A DNA stretch of 62,411 bases, the filler included, from Sphacelaria rigidula (lineage: Eukaryota), in assembly GCA_964200075.2 (NCBI GenBank). It is 6 parts of 6 records of this genome, joined end to end, with 100 filler letters (N's around TTAATTAATTAA, not from the genome) between each part and the next. Parts side by side here need not be neighbours in the genome. Positions count along the whole stretch, not along the records: positions 10,420 to 20,738 come from CAXNAA020006726.1; positions 20,839 to 31,157 come from CAXNAA020006727.1; 4 more parts are not named here. The stretch is one strand, 5' to 3'. The notes under the pieces were generated by a model. The model saw nothing but the letters and a program-made list of their open reading frames with translations. It was not told the DNA's origin and did no database searches. Position numbers and translations under genes: made by a program. Shown in pieces: positions 12,680 to 24,023 of this stretch. Within the stretch, counting starts at the first letter, position 1, and every line of letters begins with the position of its first letter.

Positions 12680-12929
12680 GACACTTTCTACGATAGCCCC
12701 CGCCCCAAAAAGTGCATGGTTCTGAGAGACACAATCTTCACGTAAATCGAAATGGGAAAAGCCGAGCACAACGAGCAGCTGGGAATTCCTACGCTTGGGC
12801 TTGTCCTCGCCAATGTTGCTAATGTGAGGCGCTTCATGCAGCCTGAACCCAAATATCAGGCGCTGTATGGCCATTTTTTTCGTGATACTTTTGAGCTGGT
12901 TTTTTGGGGGGGCTATCGTAGAAAGTGTC
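12680..12929. mobile_element. 250-bp MITE with GACACTTTCTACGATAGCCCCC TIRs and a 4-bp TSD (GCAT)
   Basis: Perfect ~22-bp TIRs; GCAT at 12676-12679 and 12930-12933; full inverted copy at 51370-51622; right-end remnants at about 80-97 and 45430-45646. Confidence 0.85.
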
Positions 12930-14914
12930 GCATGTTCATAAAATGAAAAGGCATGCCCACGGAACAACAAATTCACTTGCACAAGACGAGTCATTCATCC
13001 GCTAAAATTGTAGAACGATGGGATCCGATAAATCAAACTCCTCAAAACATGCATGACGAGAAGATCGACCAACATCCGCCCAGCCTACATGACACACCCG
13101 GTGACTGTACTCTACTCGTTTTTGTAAGGACCGTCCTCGTTGAAGTTCATCAGTACATCTGGTTCTATCGCATATTGAGCATATTATTTTGCCCCAATGT
13201 CGATTCGCATTCCCAAAAATAAATGGTTCAGCGTTCCGGTTTCAGTTACCGGCGTTGGGCTACATATATACGTTCATGGTTGATATTACTTGATTTGGAT
13301 GCGCAAAACGAGAATCGGAACGTAAGTAGGACTGACAGTCATGTGGGCGCCTCGTGTGAGCAGAACGTGTTTTCGTTGAAACCGGCGCCACCAGCGCAGA
13401 TTTGAGGTCTGCCAAAGCCTCACCTTGCTTAGAAAATGTATGTGCCGCCCTTGCCCGAGGGTTCTCGGTGTGCGTTGGGTTGGGTCAACCCAACTAGCCT
13501 CCTGGCATTCCAGCGTATCTCAAGCGCGAACGAAAAGCGACGCAATGGCATGCAATATATGAGGAAGAACAACGGAATTAAGGGTGGGGTTCTCTCTATA
13601 TATATGAATTTTGGATCCAATCGTTCTCTTCCGGTGACGTAAGACATATTTGACCCGACGAGCCTGGATAGGTCCCAAAAGTCGATCTGTTCGTGTCTCT
13701 TCGTGATTTTGGTCGGTGACACTTTTTTGCCCAATTCGAGGGGTCAGGCGCACCCACAACAGTCGTCACGTAATCGTTTGAACTTTGTGTTCAGCACTTT
13801 GATCCCACCCCAATTCTGTGCAGACCGGAACGGCATGCAGCAGTACAATTGTTCAGGCACTCTCCAGCGCACTTCACACCATGTTCGTCGTAGAGTGTAT
13901 TATAGATGCACAACAGCACAGCGACAACTACAGCATAGAAATGATGGGTGTGGGAAGCTCCTTCTTCGTTTGACGGAAGACGAAACAGCCAACACACAAC
14001 AGTTAGACATGCTAATCTGGGTAAAAAAAGTGACTGGGCTGTAAGGATATCACGACCACAGACGAAAATCCCCCCTTTCCTTTTATGTCCTGGGATGCTC
14101 CACCCAAATACATTTGCTTCTACAATCCGATCTCTTGACGGGTTGATCGCGCGCGCAGGCAACACCCTCCCCGTTCGTACCCTACACCCTGTTGCTGACC
14201 CTCCACACGCAGCCTATGGCATGTGCCTTATCCTCCAGCTTTGAAGGCGCACACCCTAAACCTGAAAAAAACATAAAATTTGAATATAATTTCCGGCTTA
14301 CTGATCTGACAGCGGGGCGTGCCCTGAAATGAAGGCTACAGTGCAATGCATTGGGGTTGTGCGCACCCAGCGAAACAATCGGCACTCGAATCGCGCACGT
14401 AACCGTGAAGAACCGCCCGGATTACACTTATCTATCGATGGAGTATGTCCTGAGCAACGCACCGCCCCCAATAAATTTAAGTAAAAAATAATCACGGGCA
14501 GAAAGGTCTCGGGGGGAAACGTCGGGGGGAAGATCTGAATCGGTCGCGGACGCATGTGCAAATATGATACCCTCAAACATTTTCTGTTGAGGAAAGCCCC
14601 GCCGCTAGTGTACACAGCCGCACAAGGAACCCAAGGTAAAAATCATTACGTATACTGGAGCAGACAACATCATGGTGACCGAATTGTGCCCTCCTCTTCG
14701 TCTGTGGTGTTTTTGATTGTATTGGTACCGCCATGTTCGCCGTACCGTGTCTACAGCCTTCGTCCGCTGCGACTTGAGCTTGTAAATTGGGAATACACCG
14801 ACTAATGTCTTTTACCCTCCACTGAACCCAGGATCGGGCATATGTCGTATCGGCATACTTTTCACTTGAAAAATGAGTGCAAAACCGAGACGACCTAAAC
14901 GGGAATCGGAGAGT

Positions 14915-15668
14915 TCAACTTTCCGTCTCCAGAGAGTTTGACTTGAAAAGTGAACACAAGACATCATCCTGGCGATCAAGCGTCACTTTTTGAGCGGGCG
15001 AGAAGAGTGACGATCTCAAAAGGAGTAATTCGATACTCGACGATACCCGCAGATGAAGGGAGGAATGCGGCGGGGGGCACAGAGAAGATAGCATTGTACT
15101 GATTGTACTGTGCTGTACGGTGCACTTCGGCTTTGTCTATTTACATCGAGAGCAGCCACCTCATGATGTGTTACTTGTGTTTGTTATGGGCGAAGCAATT
15201 ACTTCAAAACTGGATGCCCACCGCAGCCCAAGGACTTTTGTTTGTAACTGGAGGCAGGAAGGGATGACGGTGTCGGAGAGTTTCGTGTAGTCTGATCCTT
15301 GGTGATACCCATAGACGAACGGAACGAACGCAACGGGTGGGAGAAAGAAGACAACACTGTACTGTAATGTAAAGCATTGCACTGCTATACTTTACTGTGC
15401 GTTTTCGATCGGCTTTGTCTCGACTTATACAGACGGGCACCCTCAGGGCGGGTCATCTGTGTTGCATTGTCACAATTTTGACTTGAATGTGAATGAACAG
15501 ACCGTACCGGCTATGCAATGGAGCAGAGACGTGTGCATGTCATGGGTGCAGATAGCCTTTTACGCTTCTCTTCCCAACCGACCGAGCGGCCCATTCGATT
15601 CTTCGCCGATCGACTGGGCGGATCATTCCCATCTCATTAGCTTGTGCGATCTTTCCGTCAGGAAGATC
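14915..15668 (-). CDS. Possible 3' exons of an unknown minus-strand gene
   Basis: Three phase-compatible AG/GT-bounded segments (15668-15583, 15297-15222, 14968-14915) give DLPDGKIAQANEMGMIRPVDRRRIEWAARIRLHETLRHRHPFLPPVTNKSPWAADDVLCSLFKSNSLETES*. No recognised homology. Confidence 0.3.
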
Positions 15669-16844
15669 CTAGACACTCTTTGCAAGTATTTCCTGGATAT
15701 TTTGGCCCCGATTGGCATGTCTAACAGTGTGTAGACAGCACTGCGTGCCGACAAACACATTTTTCCCTCATTTTCTGTGAAGACAAAGAAAGCGACAGTA
15801 AGACAACTGGCGCAATCCCATCGGAGACCAAACCGTCTTCGCAAAGGTCCGGACACACCACAGCGCAGTGACAGCTACAGCACATGAGAGAAGGCGTTAA
15901 TGTGTTTGTGCTACAGCACGGTGAAACAGCACATGTATGTCCCATGTCATAGTTCTTCCCCTCATTTCAGACAGTTCCTCAATTTCTACTGAGTGTTGAT
16001 TTTTTAACGCTCGGCCATGGTCGCGCTTCGCGCAAAAATATTTTGATTCACTTTGAGTTATCCCTGTCTGTGGAAGGTGAGCCTGATTTAAACGCAACCG
16101 ACATGCTCTGGTTATCATGAACCGTGAACTGTATACGAGGCGCGGGAAGCGTAGTTTTTGTCAAGGAATGATAGGACGCAACCAAACTGCAGTGCAGGCA
16201 GATATTGTTATTATTAGCATGAAACACGTGATTCGAACGAGACACAAGACAATGCATTTACATTAAAAAACCTGGGCGTTCTGGTACTGAAACGAGTGCA
16301 CCAATCCCTCCACTACCTACCGTAAAGAGATAGATACCACGTGTAAATACAAGATGAATGACTTACGGGCAGACCTTCATTTTAGACTTGAAGGGCCCAG
16401 CCGAGACCACTTCGGTTTCACCGCCGAAATCAGAGACGGCAACGTCATAAATCCCGAAATAAATTGTGATTGGTAGCGCCCTCGAACACGGGATCTTACA
16501 GTTTTGGGGAGGATCTTTCATTGGGGATGAGAAACCCAGAGAACTCAAATATTCGTATCCACACCAAACCTTCGAAATATAACAGCCTGGATTCGTTTTT
16601 GAGGTTCAACATTTGGGTGAGGTTCAACGGACCATCGGAATTTCATTTATTTTGATCAAAAGGCTCGGCATTCGCAACCGGTTTCGACCATTTAGCCTCA
16701 CCCAGAAGTTTCTGCACGGCAGCGCAAGCATGATGATGAGCAATCCAACAGAAAAATCGCCGCCATTCATTGTACCGCATCGTTTGAGCAACCCCTGCGT
16801 CTAGGAGCTACGGAACACGTAAGAAAGCATGCTGAAGACATACT

Positions 16845-17671
16845 CCTTTGTACTAGTCATCGACGTTTCGAGCGCCTCTTGTTCAGTTTCTGAGAGAGAC
16901 TTCATACTGTTGCACCGGCGACGATCGCCGTCAGCGAAACGATCCAATGCGGGGACAGACGCGAGCGATCTTTGAAACGCAGCATCATTCAGCAGTCTGC
17001 TGAGATATACCATCACCAGAGTACAGCATCACTACAGCACAGTCGTCAGGAGGGATAAAATGGATGCCCTGCACAATAAAGCTGCAGACACACACAACGG
17101 GGGTACAGGATAGTCGCACGCCTGGGGTTATTTCGCCAGTAGTGCCCATGCGAGGCGCTTCATCCAGTCTAAACCAGCTATCACGCCTTGTATGGCCACC
17201 TCTGCCGTGGCTGTGTTGAAAACCGGTTTCGCGGTGAGGCTGTTGAACAATACTACTGTAGTGCAACGCGCTTGCAGAATCCGAGCCGTTTCTATTGGTT
17301 TAGAACCCACGGCAGCTGTGGTTTGAATATCCCTCCTGACGGTCCGAAACGGGGTCTGATCCAGCGACGAAAAGCGCTGGCACCCTCCCCCTCAGATGGG
17401 ATATTTGTGACAACCTCAGCGTTAGGATTAGACCCCAGGGGAGTCTGGAAATAACGGATGGGTTTCTTGGAAAGCAGTCGTTCATTGTAACGGGTATAAA
17501 GCGTTCAAGCAAAGAAATGTCGATCTTCAACAGGGAAATATGTACTACGATACCCCTGAATACGTTTCTACATGTTTCATTCCGAGCGATGTTCACCAAA
17601 TACCCCCACAGTTGTCACAAATATCCCATCTGAGGGGGAGGGTGCCAGCGCTTTTTGTCGCTGGATCAGAC
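16845..17671. repeat. Dispersed repeat (probable TE end) with decayed coding-like minus strand and terminal inverted structure
   Basis: Colinear with 20839-21615; minus-strand peptide YLSRLLNDAAFQRSLAS...SETEQEALETSM is conserved in both copies; 61-bp inverted repeat 17354-17414 / 17611-17671. Confidence 0.75.
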
Positions 17672-18241
17672 TGTTGGAAATATGCAAGGCCTAGCCGAGC
17701 ATGGTGTGAGTTTTTACTCTGACCACAAATTAGCGGTGTAACTAATCACGGTTCAAGTAGATCTGACAGTTACGAGTAGAAGTACCGTTTCGAGTGAATC
17801 CTTGAAGTCTTATATCCTACACGTGGATCACCACGTGAGCTGGTGAGATATTGCTATGTACTGCCAGTATTTGTGAGTACCGTAGCTTGAATAAGAATCC
17901 AAGCCTGTGAGCTGGTGACCTGCCACGCAAGTGTTTTTGTCTACGTACGTGTAGAAGCTTTGTTTTGGGTTCCAAGGATTGAGAGACGGAGCTGGTAGTT
18001 TGCACCGCCCTCCAAGGTCACTCTCCTTCACTACCATCAGCTCTCCGCTTTGAGAGGAAACTGCGAGTTCTGTTTTTTGTTGGCCGCAAGCGCCCATTCA
18101 ACCATCTTTTACACTCTTCTTCACTTGTGGTGCAGAAGCAACCGATTTAACCATCGGGGTGCAACCTCTGCTATACTACTGTTCATATTGAACGGTGGTA
18201 GGTCCGTTCTGAGAGAACGTTGACCGGAATTTATTCCAACA
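17672..18241 (+). repeat. 5' LTR (570 bp)
   Basis: Begins TGTTGGAA and ends TTCCAACA (8-bp inverted termini, TG...CA), immediately followed by a PBS-like motif. The 3' LTR is not in the window. Confidence 0.85.
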
Positions 18242-18252
18242 GTTTATGAGCC
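18242..18252 (+). promoter_or_regulatory. Primer-binding site, half-tRNA-iMet type
   Basis: GTTTATGAGCC directly after the LTR resembles the GGTTATG(G/A)GCCC PBS complementary to the anticodon arm of initiator tRNA-Met, as in Drosophila copia and yeast Ty5. Confidence 0.7.
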
Positions 18253-18437
18253 TTCGATTCGCGACCAGGTCATCAGTCGTCAACCTTCGACTTCAGACTA
18301 CATCGGTCAGCACCAGCAAGAGGACTTCCCATCAAGGTCGTCACTGCATCAGAAAAGTGAGAAGTGTTAAGCCTTGATTTATTATCAAGTACACAAGGTT
18401 TTGAGTGTCGTGAACATTCACACTTCGCTGCAACAAG

Positions 18438-20738
18438 ATGAATTATCAGGGAGAGCCATCTGTTGCACAGCTTATAAAGAGCATCAAGAAGTTTGATGGA
18501 ACAAATTTTCTTGAATGGAAGCGCGGTACACGCGCACTGATTTCCCTCACTCATCCTGGGATTTCGGATATAATGAACGGAGGTACACGTCCCGCGGAAA
18601 TTTTCGATAACGTGGAGCACATTCAAGGTGCTCAATCAATTCCAGTTCCACGATCCAGATCAAGATCGACACCGCCTTTCACCCGCTCCCAAGCAACCGC
18701 GCCGTCTTCATCAGGAGAGGCAGCTGATTCGAGCGATCCAGTTCAAGATCCGCTGGGAGACAGCGGAGTGGACTTCCCTCGGGGGGACACAAATGTGAGA
18801 ATTGTGGTAAACAGGGCTGAGGTTGATAACTGGGATCGCTGCAATGAACAGTTGTTCAATATTCTATACTTGACAACTACAGGTCCAGCGGGTAGTTTTC
18901 TACTCCGCTTTGAACCGAAGGGCCACGCAAGGCCCGACGGCAAGATTGCGTGGGAAGGGCTAGTCGGTAAATATGAAAACTCATCGAAGCAAAGGCGACG
19001 TATTCTTATGCGTCAGCTAGATAACATGAAGATGTCACCTGGCCAAGACCCTGACGTGTTTTTGACCAAGATCTACGAACTGCGTGATCAACTGGTCTAC
19101 ATGGGTGAGCCCATCTCAGATGAAAGACTGACGGATATAGTGGTGGAAGGCCTGACTGATGAGTATGACAGGATAAAATACGATGCGGAGCGTGACCCCG
19201 ACTTCAGCATCTCCGACATCGAAATTACTATGAGGAACATGTACTCAAACCGCGTGGCACGCGGAATTTTGTCAAAGGGAGAGCGTGGTCGTGATTCTGC
19301 CATGATAGCGACGTCACCGCTTGATTCGACTGCAACACCTACAAAATCTGCTGGGAGATGTTTTTCCTGCAACCGTCCTGGACACCAAAGCAGAAATTGT
19401 CGCTCAAAACGACAACCCAATGACAAGAGCAGGACTGTGAAATGGTGCAGTCTGCATCGAACCGATAAGCACGATAACAGTGAATGCAGGAACCAAATAA
19501 ATGGAAATACTTCCAGGAACAACAATCATCATGGTGGAAACAACGACCGCCGTCGGCACCACCGCTACAATAACAATCGCCCCAGCCACAACTACAATAA
19601 TTCTGGCCCCAGGACAAACAACGTCTCCAACCATCCAAACCAGGCCAACACCGTCACCATGGATCCTACGTCAACCACTTCATCGACATCGACGACTATT
19701 CCTTCTTCCCACCAAGCTCAAGATATCGGCGGTACTTCATCTTCGACAGTAACCGATTCATGCACGCCACCGTGCGGCATAGGGTTTACCTTCTTGGCTG
19801 ATCCTGACGACAGGGTCAACGCTAGGCCACCGGTGTCTGTATCATTCAAGATGGTGTGTGATTCCGGGGCTAGTCATCACTACATCGATAGTCAACTACT
19901 GCCGAATATCGAAGCGGATATGTTCGACTATGTAAAATTCGATCCTCCCATGAAAATACTGACAGCCGGTCGACATGTTCTCCACGGAACGGCACAAGGA
20001 GTGCTGCACTCCATCGTGCAAGATCACCAGGGCCATCGACACTCCGTGCGCCTTCCAGCCATTATTGTTCCGGGACTCGGAAAACACTTGTTTTCACCTG
20101 TCGAGGCACTGACCAGAGGGGTATCTACTGTTTTTTCACTCAACTCCCATGTGGATCTTGGACGATTCAAAATACCAATCAGCACCGATGAGAATGGCAC
20201 GTTGCATTTCATCAACATGGAGGTCGATCGGGACCAGAAGATCTCCAACGACAACCCCAGCTCAGCCTTCACAGCGGAGGTGGTTTCTGGAGAATACATG
20301 AGCCCTGGGACTGCATTTACTGCAACTACGATCGAAGATGAACCCTCGGCTTTTTCGACCACCATGAGCGCAGAAACGTGGCATCGACGACTAGGCCATC
20401 CAGCCGAACCAGTCATGCGCAGAGTCATGAACATTCCAGAAACAGGTGTCAGCTTTTCAGGATCACTTTCTTCGTGTGACACCTGCATGCTTAATAAAAG
20501 TACACAGAAGAATCACCCCAAGACGGCGGAACATTCTTCCGTGACGGAGCGTCTTCAATTGGTGACTACAGATTTGACAGGCCCCATTACACCAACCGCA
20601 TTGGGAGGATTCAGGTACATGGCTAAATTTACTGATCATTTCAGTAGACTGAAAGTCGTATATTTTATCAAGGCAAAGAGTGAGGCGCTTTCTACTCTCT
20701 GCAAATTCATTCAAGACGTGGCGATCCCTCAAGGACTT
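18438..20738 (+). CDS. Copia gag-pol polyprotein (partial)
   Basis: KFDGTNFLEWK gag start; CCHC knuckle CFSCNRPGHQSRNC; protease VCDSGASHH; WHRRLGHP...CDTC pre-integrase zinc finger; integrase core LVTTDLTGP and KFTDHFSR; no stop in about 767 codons. Confidence 0.95.
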
Positions 20739-20838
20739 NNNNNNNNNNNNNNNNNNNNNNNNNNNNNNNNNNNNNNNNNNNNTTAATTAATTAANNNNNN
20801 NNNNNNNNNNNNNNNNNNNNNNNNNNNNNNNNNNNNNN
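20739..20838. other. Artificial 100-bp linker
   Basis: N44-TTAATTAATTAA-N44; the copia ORF does not continue after it. Confidence 0.97.
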
Positions 20839-21615
20839 TTCTTTTGACTACTCATCGAGTTTTCGAGCGCCTCTTGTTGAGTATCTGAGAGAGACTTTAT
20901 ACTATTGCGCCGGCGACGACCGCCGTCAGCGAAACAATCCAATGGGGCGGCAGACGCCAAATATCTTTGAAACGCAGCATCATTCAGCAGTCTGCTGAAA
21001 TATACCCTCACCAGAGTACAGCATTACTACAGTACAGTGGTCAATTGAATCAAAAGGGTGCCCCACAATAAAGCTGCAGACACACATAAAGGGGGTAAGG
21101 GTTAGTCCCACGCCTGGGGTTGTTACGCCAGTAGTGCCCATGCGAGGCGCTTCATCCAGTCTGAACCAGCTATCACGCCTTGTAGGGGCACCTCCGCCGT
21201 GGCTGTGTTGAGAACCGGTTTCGCGGTGGGGCTGTTGAACAACACTACTGTAGTGCAACGCGCTTGAAAAATCCGAGTCGTTTCTTTTTAATTTAGAATC
21301 CGCGGCAGCTCTAGTTTGAATATCCTTTCTGACGGTCCCAAACGGGGTCTGATGCAGCGACGGAAAGCGCTGGCACCCTCCCCCTCAGATGGGATTTGTG
21401 ACAACCTCAGCGTTAGGATTAGACCCCAGGGGAAGTCCGGAAATAACGGGTTGTTTTCTTGGAAAGCAGTCGTTCATTGTAACGGGTGTGAAGTGGTCAA
21501 GCAAGGAAATTTCGATTTTCAACCGGGAAAGATGTACTACGATACCCCTGAATACTATTCTACATGTTTCATTCCGAGCGATGCTCACCAAATACCCCCA
21601 CAGTTGTCACAAATC
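20839..21615. repeat. Second copy of the 16845-17623 repeat
   Basis: Colinear with high similarity; here the core is bounded only by the 13-bp inverted repeat GATTTGTGACAAC (21393-21405) / GTTGTCACAAATC (21603-21615). Confidence 0.8.
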
Positions 21616-22745
21616 GTTTTGAACTTCTAAAGTACTTGTATAGTATATAGTTTAGACTATGACCCGAGATCCACGCAAATCACCCGCCGTAACACTATCG
21701 CTTTTGTTCTTAGCTATATATACCCCACTATACCCTATATACTGTCTGTAGCAAAGAGTACGAGTTGGGCACAGGGACATAGTTACACACTGCCGTGGTT
21801 GGGTATGAGGTATTTCTCGTCAGTACATGGAAACTTGAGCATCTTCTTTCATGGTCGCGCGGCGCATCGCTTGCACGTACTCACCGCATAGATATATAGC
21901 TGATGCATGGGTGCAGGCATCGTCAGTACAAAGCTGCACGTTTTTCAAGTCCTTTTCACGTCGCAGTGTAGGCAGAGAACATATATAGTCTTGCGCTGTC
22001 TGTACTGTACTTTCCCCGCTGCCTTTCCATGCCCTGCTCACTGCGTGCTGCACTGTTTCCGTGCGCGCGCCCTGTGTGAATTCTGTAGTTATACCCCTGA
22101 CGGTATATATGTTCGGTAGAGTCTAGAGCTATATGGCTCGAGCACCCAATGCTCAACCAAAAACGTAAAAGGCAATCTCGCACAGCGTCCGCTGTCGAAG
22201 ATGGAGTAACAGAAGCAGAAGTGTACAGTTGTTTTTTATTGTCTAATTCAAATAAAACCGCCCATGGGTAGGAAGGCACACGCACACAAACAACACTGAA
22301 CACGGTGGGGCGAGAGATGCGCCTTCGCATCTCCGTCGAGAATCCTTCTCGAGCTACGGCACATATCTCCTGTTTTATCCCGCAGAAACATACCGCATAC
22401 CACAATATAACTCCCCGTCGCTTCCGGATCATTCGAGAACAAAAGTGAGAACAAACAACACTTTCCAGAACATTCCGATAGTCTCGTGATAGTATCCTGG
22501 ATCTTACATTTACCATGAGTGAAATCACACGATTAACAATATAACACCCCCGTATGTCGAAATATGAGCTGCAGCATATATCCACATTGCATAGCCATAC
22601 GTAGCGCATATGCCCCGCTCACTCTGCGGAGTATATAGCACCTGACGTATAAGCACGCGGTATTGCACTGTCCTGCATGGTATTATTCAGTTTATTGTTG
22701 TGATTATATAGACCACGGCTGGACCCCTGGTGCGCGGTCAGATTT

Positions 22746-23558
22746 GTGATATTGGTAGACATTGGACCGCGGGGTTATCATAAATCATGTGTATTGATAT
22801 GCGAGGTATATTCCGTCAAAGCAGCATATTTACCACGCCTGCAGCGGAAGCGTCGATTTGAAGCACAGGCGTGTGGACATACGTTCGTACGTAGTGTGTG
22901 GGATCTCTATCCAGCAAAAGCTGTTGAGAATTCATCCTTTAGCCCAACTGGTACATGAACTAGGGGGCAAGAGGATTAATTCCCTTCAACAATTTTTCCG
23001 GCGTCTCGGATGTCATACGCTGATAACGGTGTAGTATGCGGGATGTGCACAGTTGATGCCGTTCGCAATAAATCTCTTTTGGCCCAATTTTCGGATAAAG
23101 TGGAGGGCAAAGTGAAGATTTATTTCGAGCCTCTTCTGCTGTTCAAATTCCAAATCTGCCAGTGTGCATGGGATTTGTGCAGCAGAGAAAACTGTTCGAA
23201 GTAAACCCTTTTTCTGCCCAATTAAATTGGGCGAAAAAAAGATCTGTTTTGAATAGCGTCTCCTGCTGCCCGAGATAAATCCTCTTTTTGCCCCATCAAA
23301 TCGAGCAAAAAGAGGATTTATCTCGGACAGCAGGAGAAGCTAAAAAATACAATACAGATTTTATACAAAAATAATTTGGAATTTTCAAAATTGGGAAGGC
23401 CTCTCCACAACAGGGTTGCTTGCAGGGTTTCGACAAAAACGCTACGCAAAATGCTGGTAGAGGTTCTAGGGTTTGCAAATGCAATGCAGGGTTTCTCACA
23501 ATAGACTGTGAAGAACCCTGTACAGCACGTCCTACAGGGTGCTATTTGTCCACGTGTG
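22746..23558. mobile_element. Partial copy (right ~810 bp) of the CACAC-TIR element
   Basis: Colinear with 11703-12618, including the palindromic units and the terminal CCACGTGTG. Confidence 0.8.
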
Positions 23559-23690
23559 GAACGAAGATGGCATGAAATCGTTTGCTGCATTACACCGTAG
23601 CGAGAAAACGACGGCTCCCCTAGAAAATAGATGGTGGCCACAGACTGCGAAAGAGGACTGGGATAAGACATGTAAAAGGTTTTTGTGTAT
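23559..23690 (+). mobile_element. LINE fragment from near the 3' end
   Basis: GAAGATGGCATGAAATCGTTTGCTGCATTA...GATGGTGGCCACAG...GATAAGACATGTAAAA matches 38164-38290. Confidence 0.65.
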
Positions 23691-23950
23691 TATATCGAAG
23701 AAACGAAATGTGTGTGTGTGTTGTTGTCCCATCTATTCTGGGCGCCGGTCTACACCTTTCGGTATATGTGGGCGCACCAGCCGGGGTCACACAGGAGGAA
23801 GGTCAACACAGGACCTTATTTTTCATTTTTTCTTGGTACCCCACCTTCCTTCTGCGGTGCTTGCCTTTTTATTTGACATCAGTGATCTCAGGGGCCCCTT
23901 GCCCCTCGCAAGCCTCACTGCTCACATGTCAAACTCATTCTTTCCACAAT

Positions 23951-24023
23951 GGATCATGCTGGAACTCGAACCTCATAGCTCTTGTTCAGGAAGCGAGTAG
24001 TTAATCCGTTGAACCAGTGAGGC
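23951..24023 (-). pseudogene. tRNA-derived sequence (Arg-CCT-like pseudo-tRNA or SINE head)
   Basis: Minus strand reads GCCTCACTGGTTCAACGGATTAACTACTCGCTTCCTGAACAAGAGCTATGAGGTTCGAGTTCCAGCATGATCC: A-box TGGTTCAACGG, loop TT-CCT-GA, B-box GGTTCGAGTTCC; the acceptor stem pairs poorly. Confidence 0.55.

Larger units (their letters stand above)
17672..20738 (+). mobile_element. Ty1/copia LTR retrotransposon, 5' half (cut off at the linker)
   Basis: LTR, PBS and an uninterrupted ORF with copia domain order gag-protease-integrase. Confidence 0.93.

Noticed and set aside
12778..12880. Shared module as a SECIS element or canonical hammerhead ribozyme
   Set aside because: It lacks the apical AA at SECIS spacing, has an extra base in the CUGANGA core and shows no clear stem III or cleavage triplet; kept only as an unclassified structure.
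16845..21615. Direct repeats on either side of the copia ORF read as its two LTRs
   Set aside because: The second copy lies beyond an artificial linker, and the real LTR is 17672-18241, with TG...CA ends and a PBS.
23951..24023. Functional tRNA-Arg gene
   Set aside because: Acceptor and anticodon stems are mismatched and the sequence is embedded in an inverted repeat.
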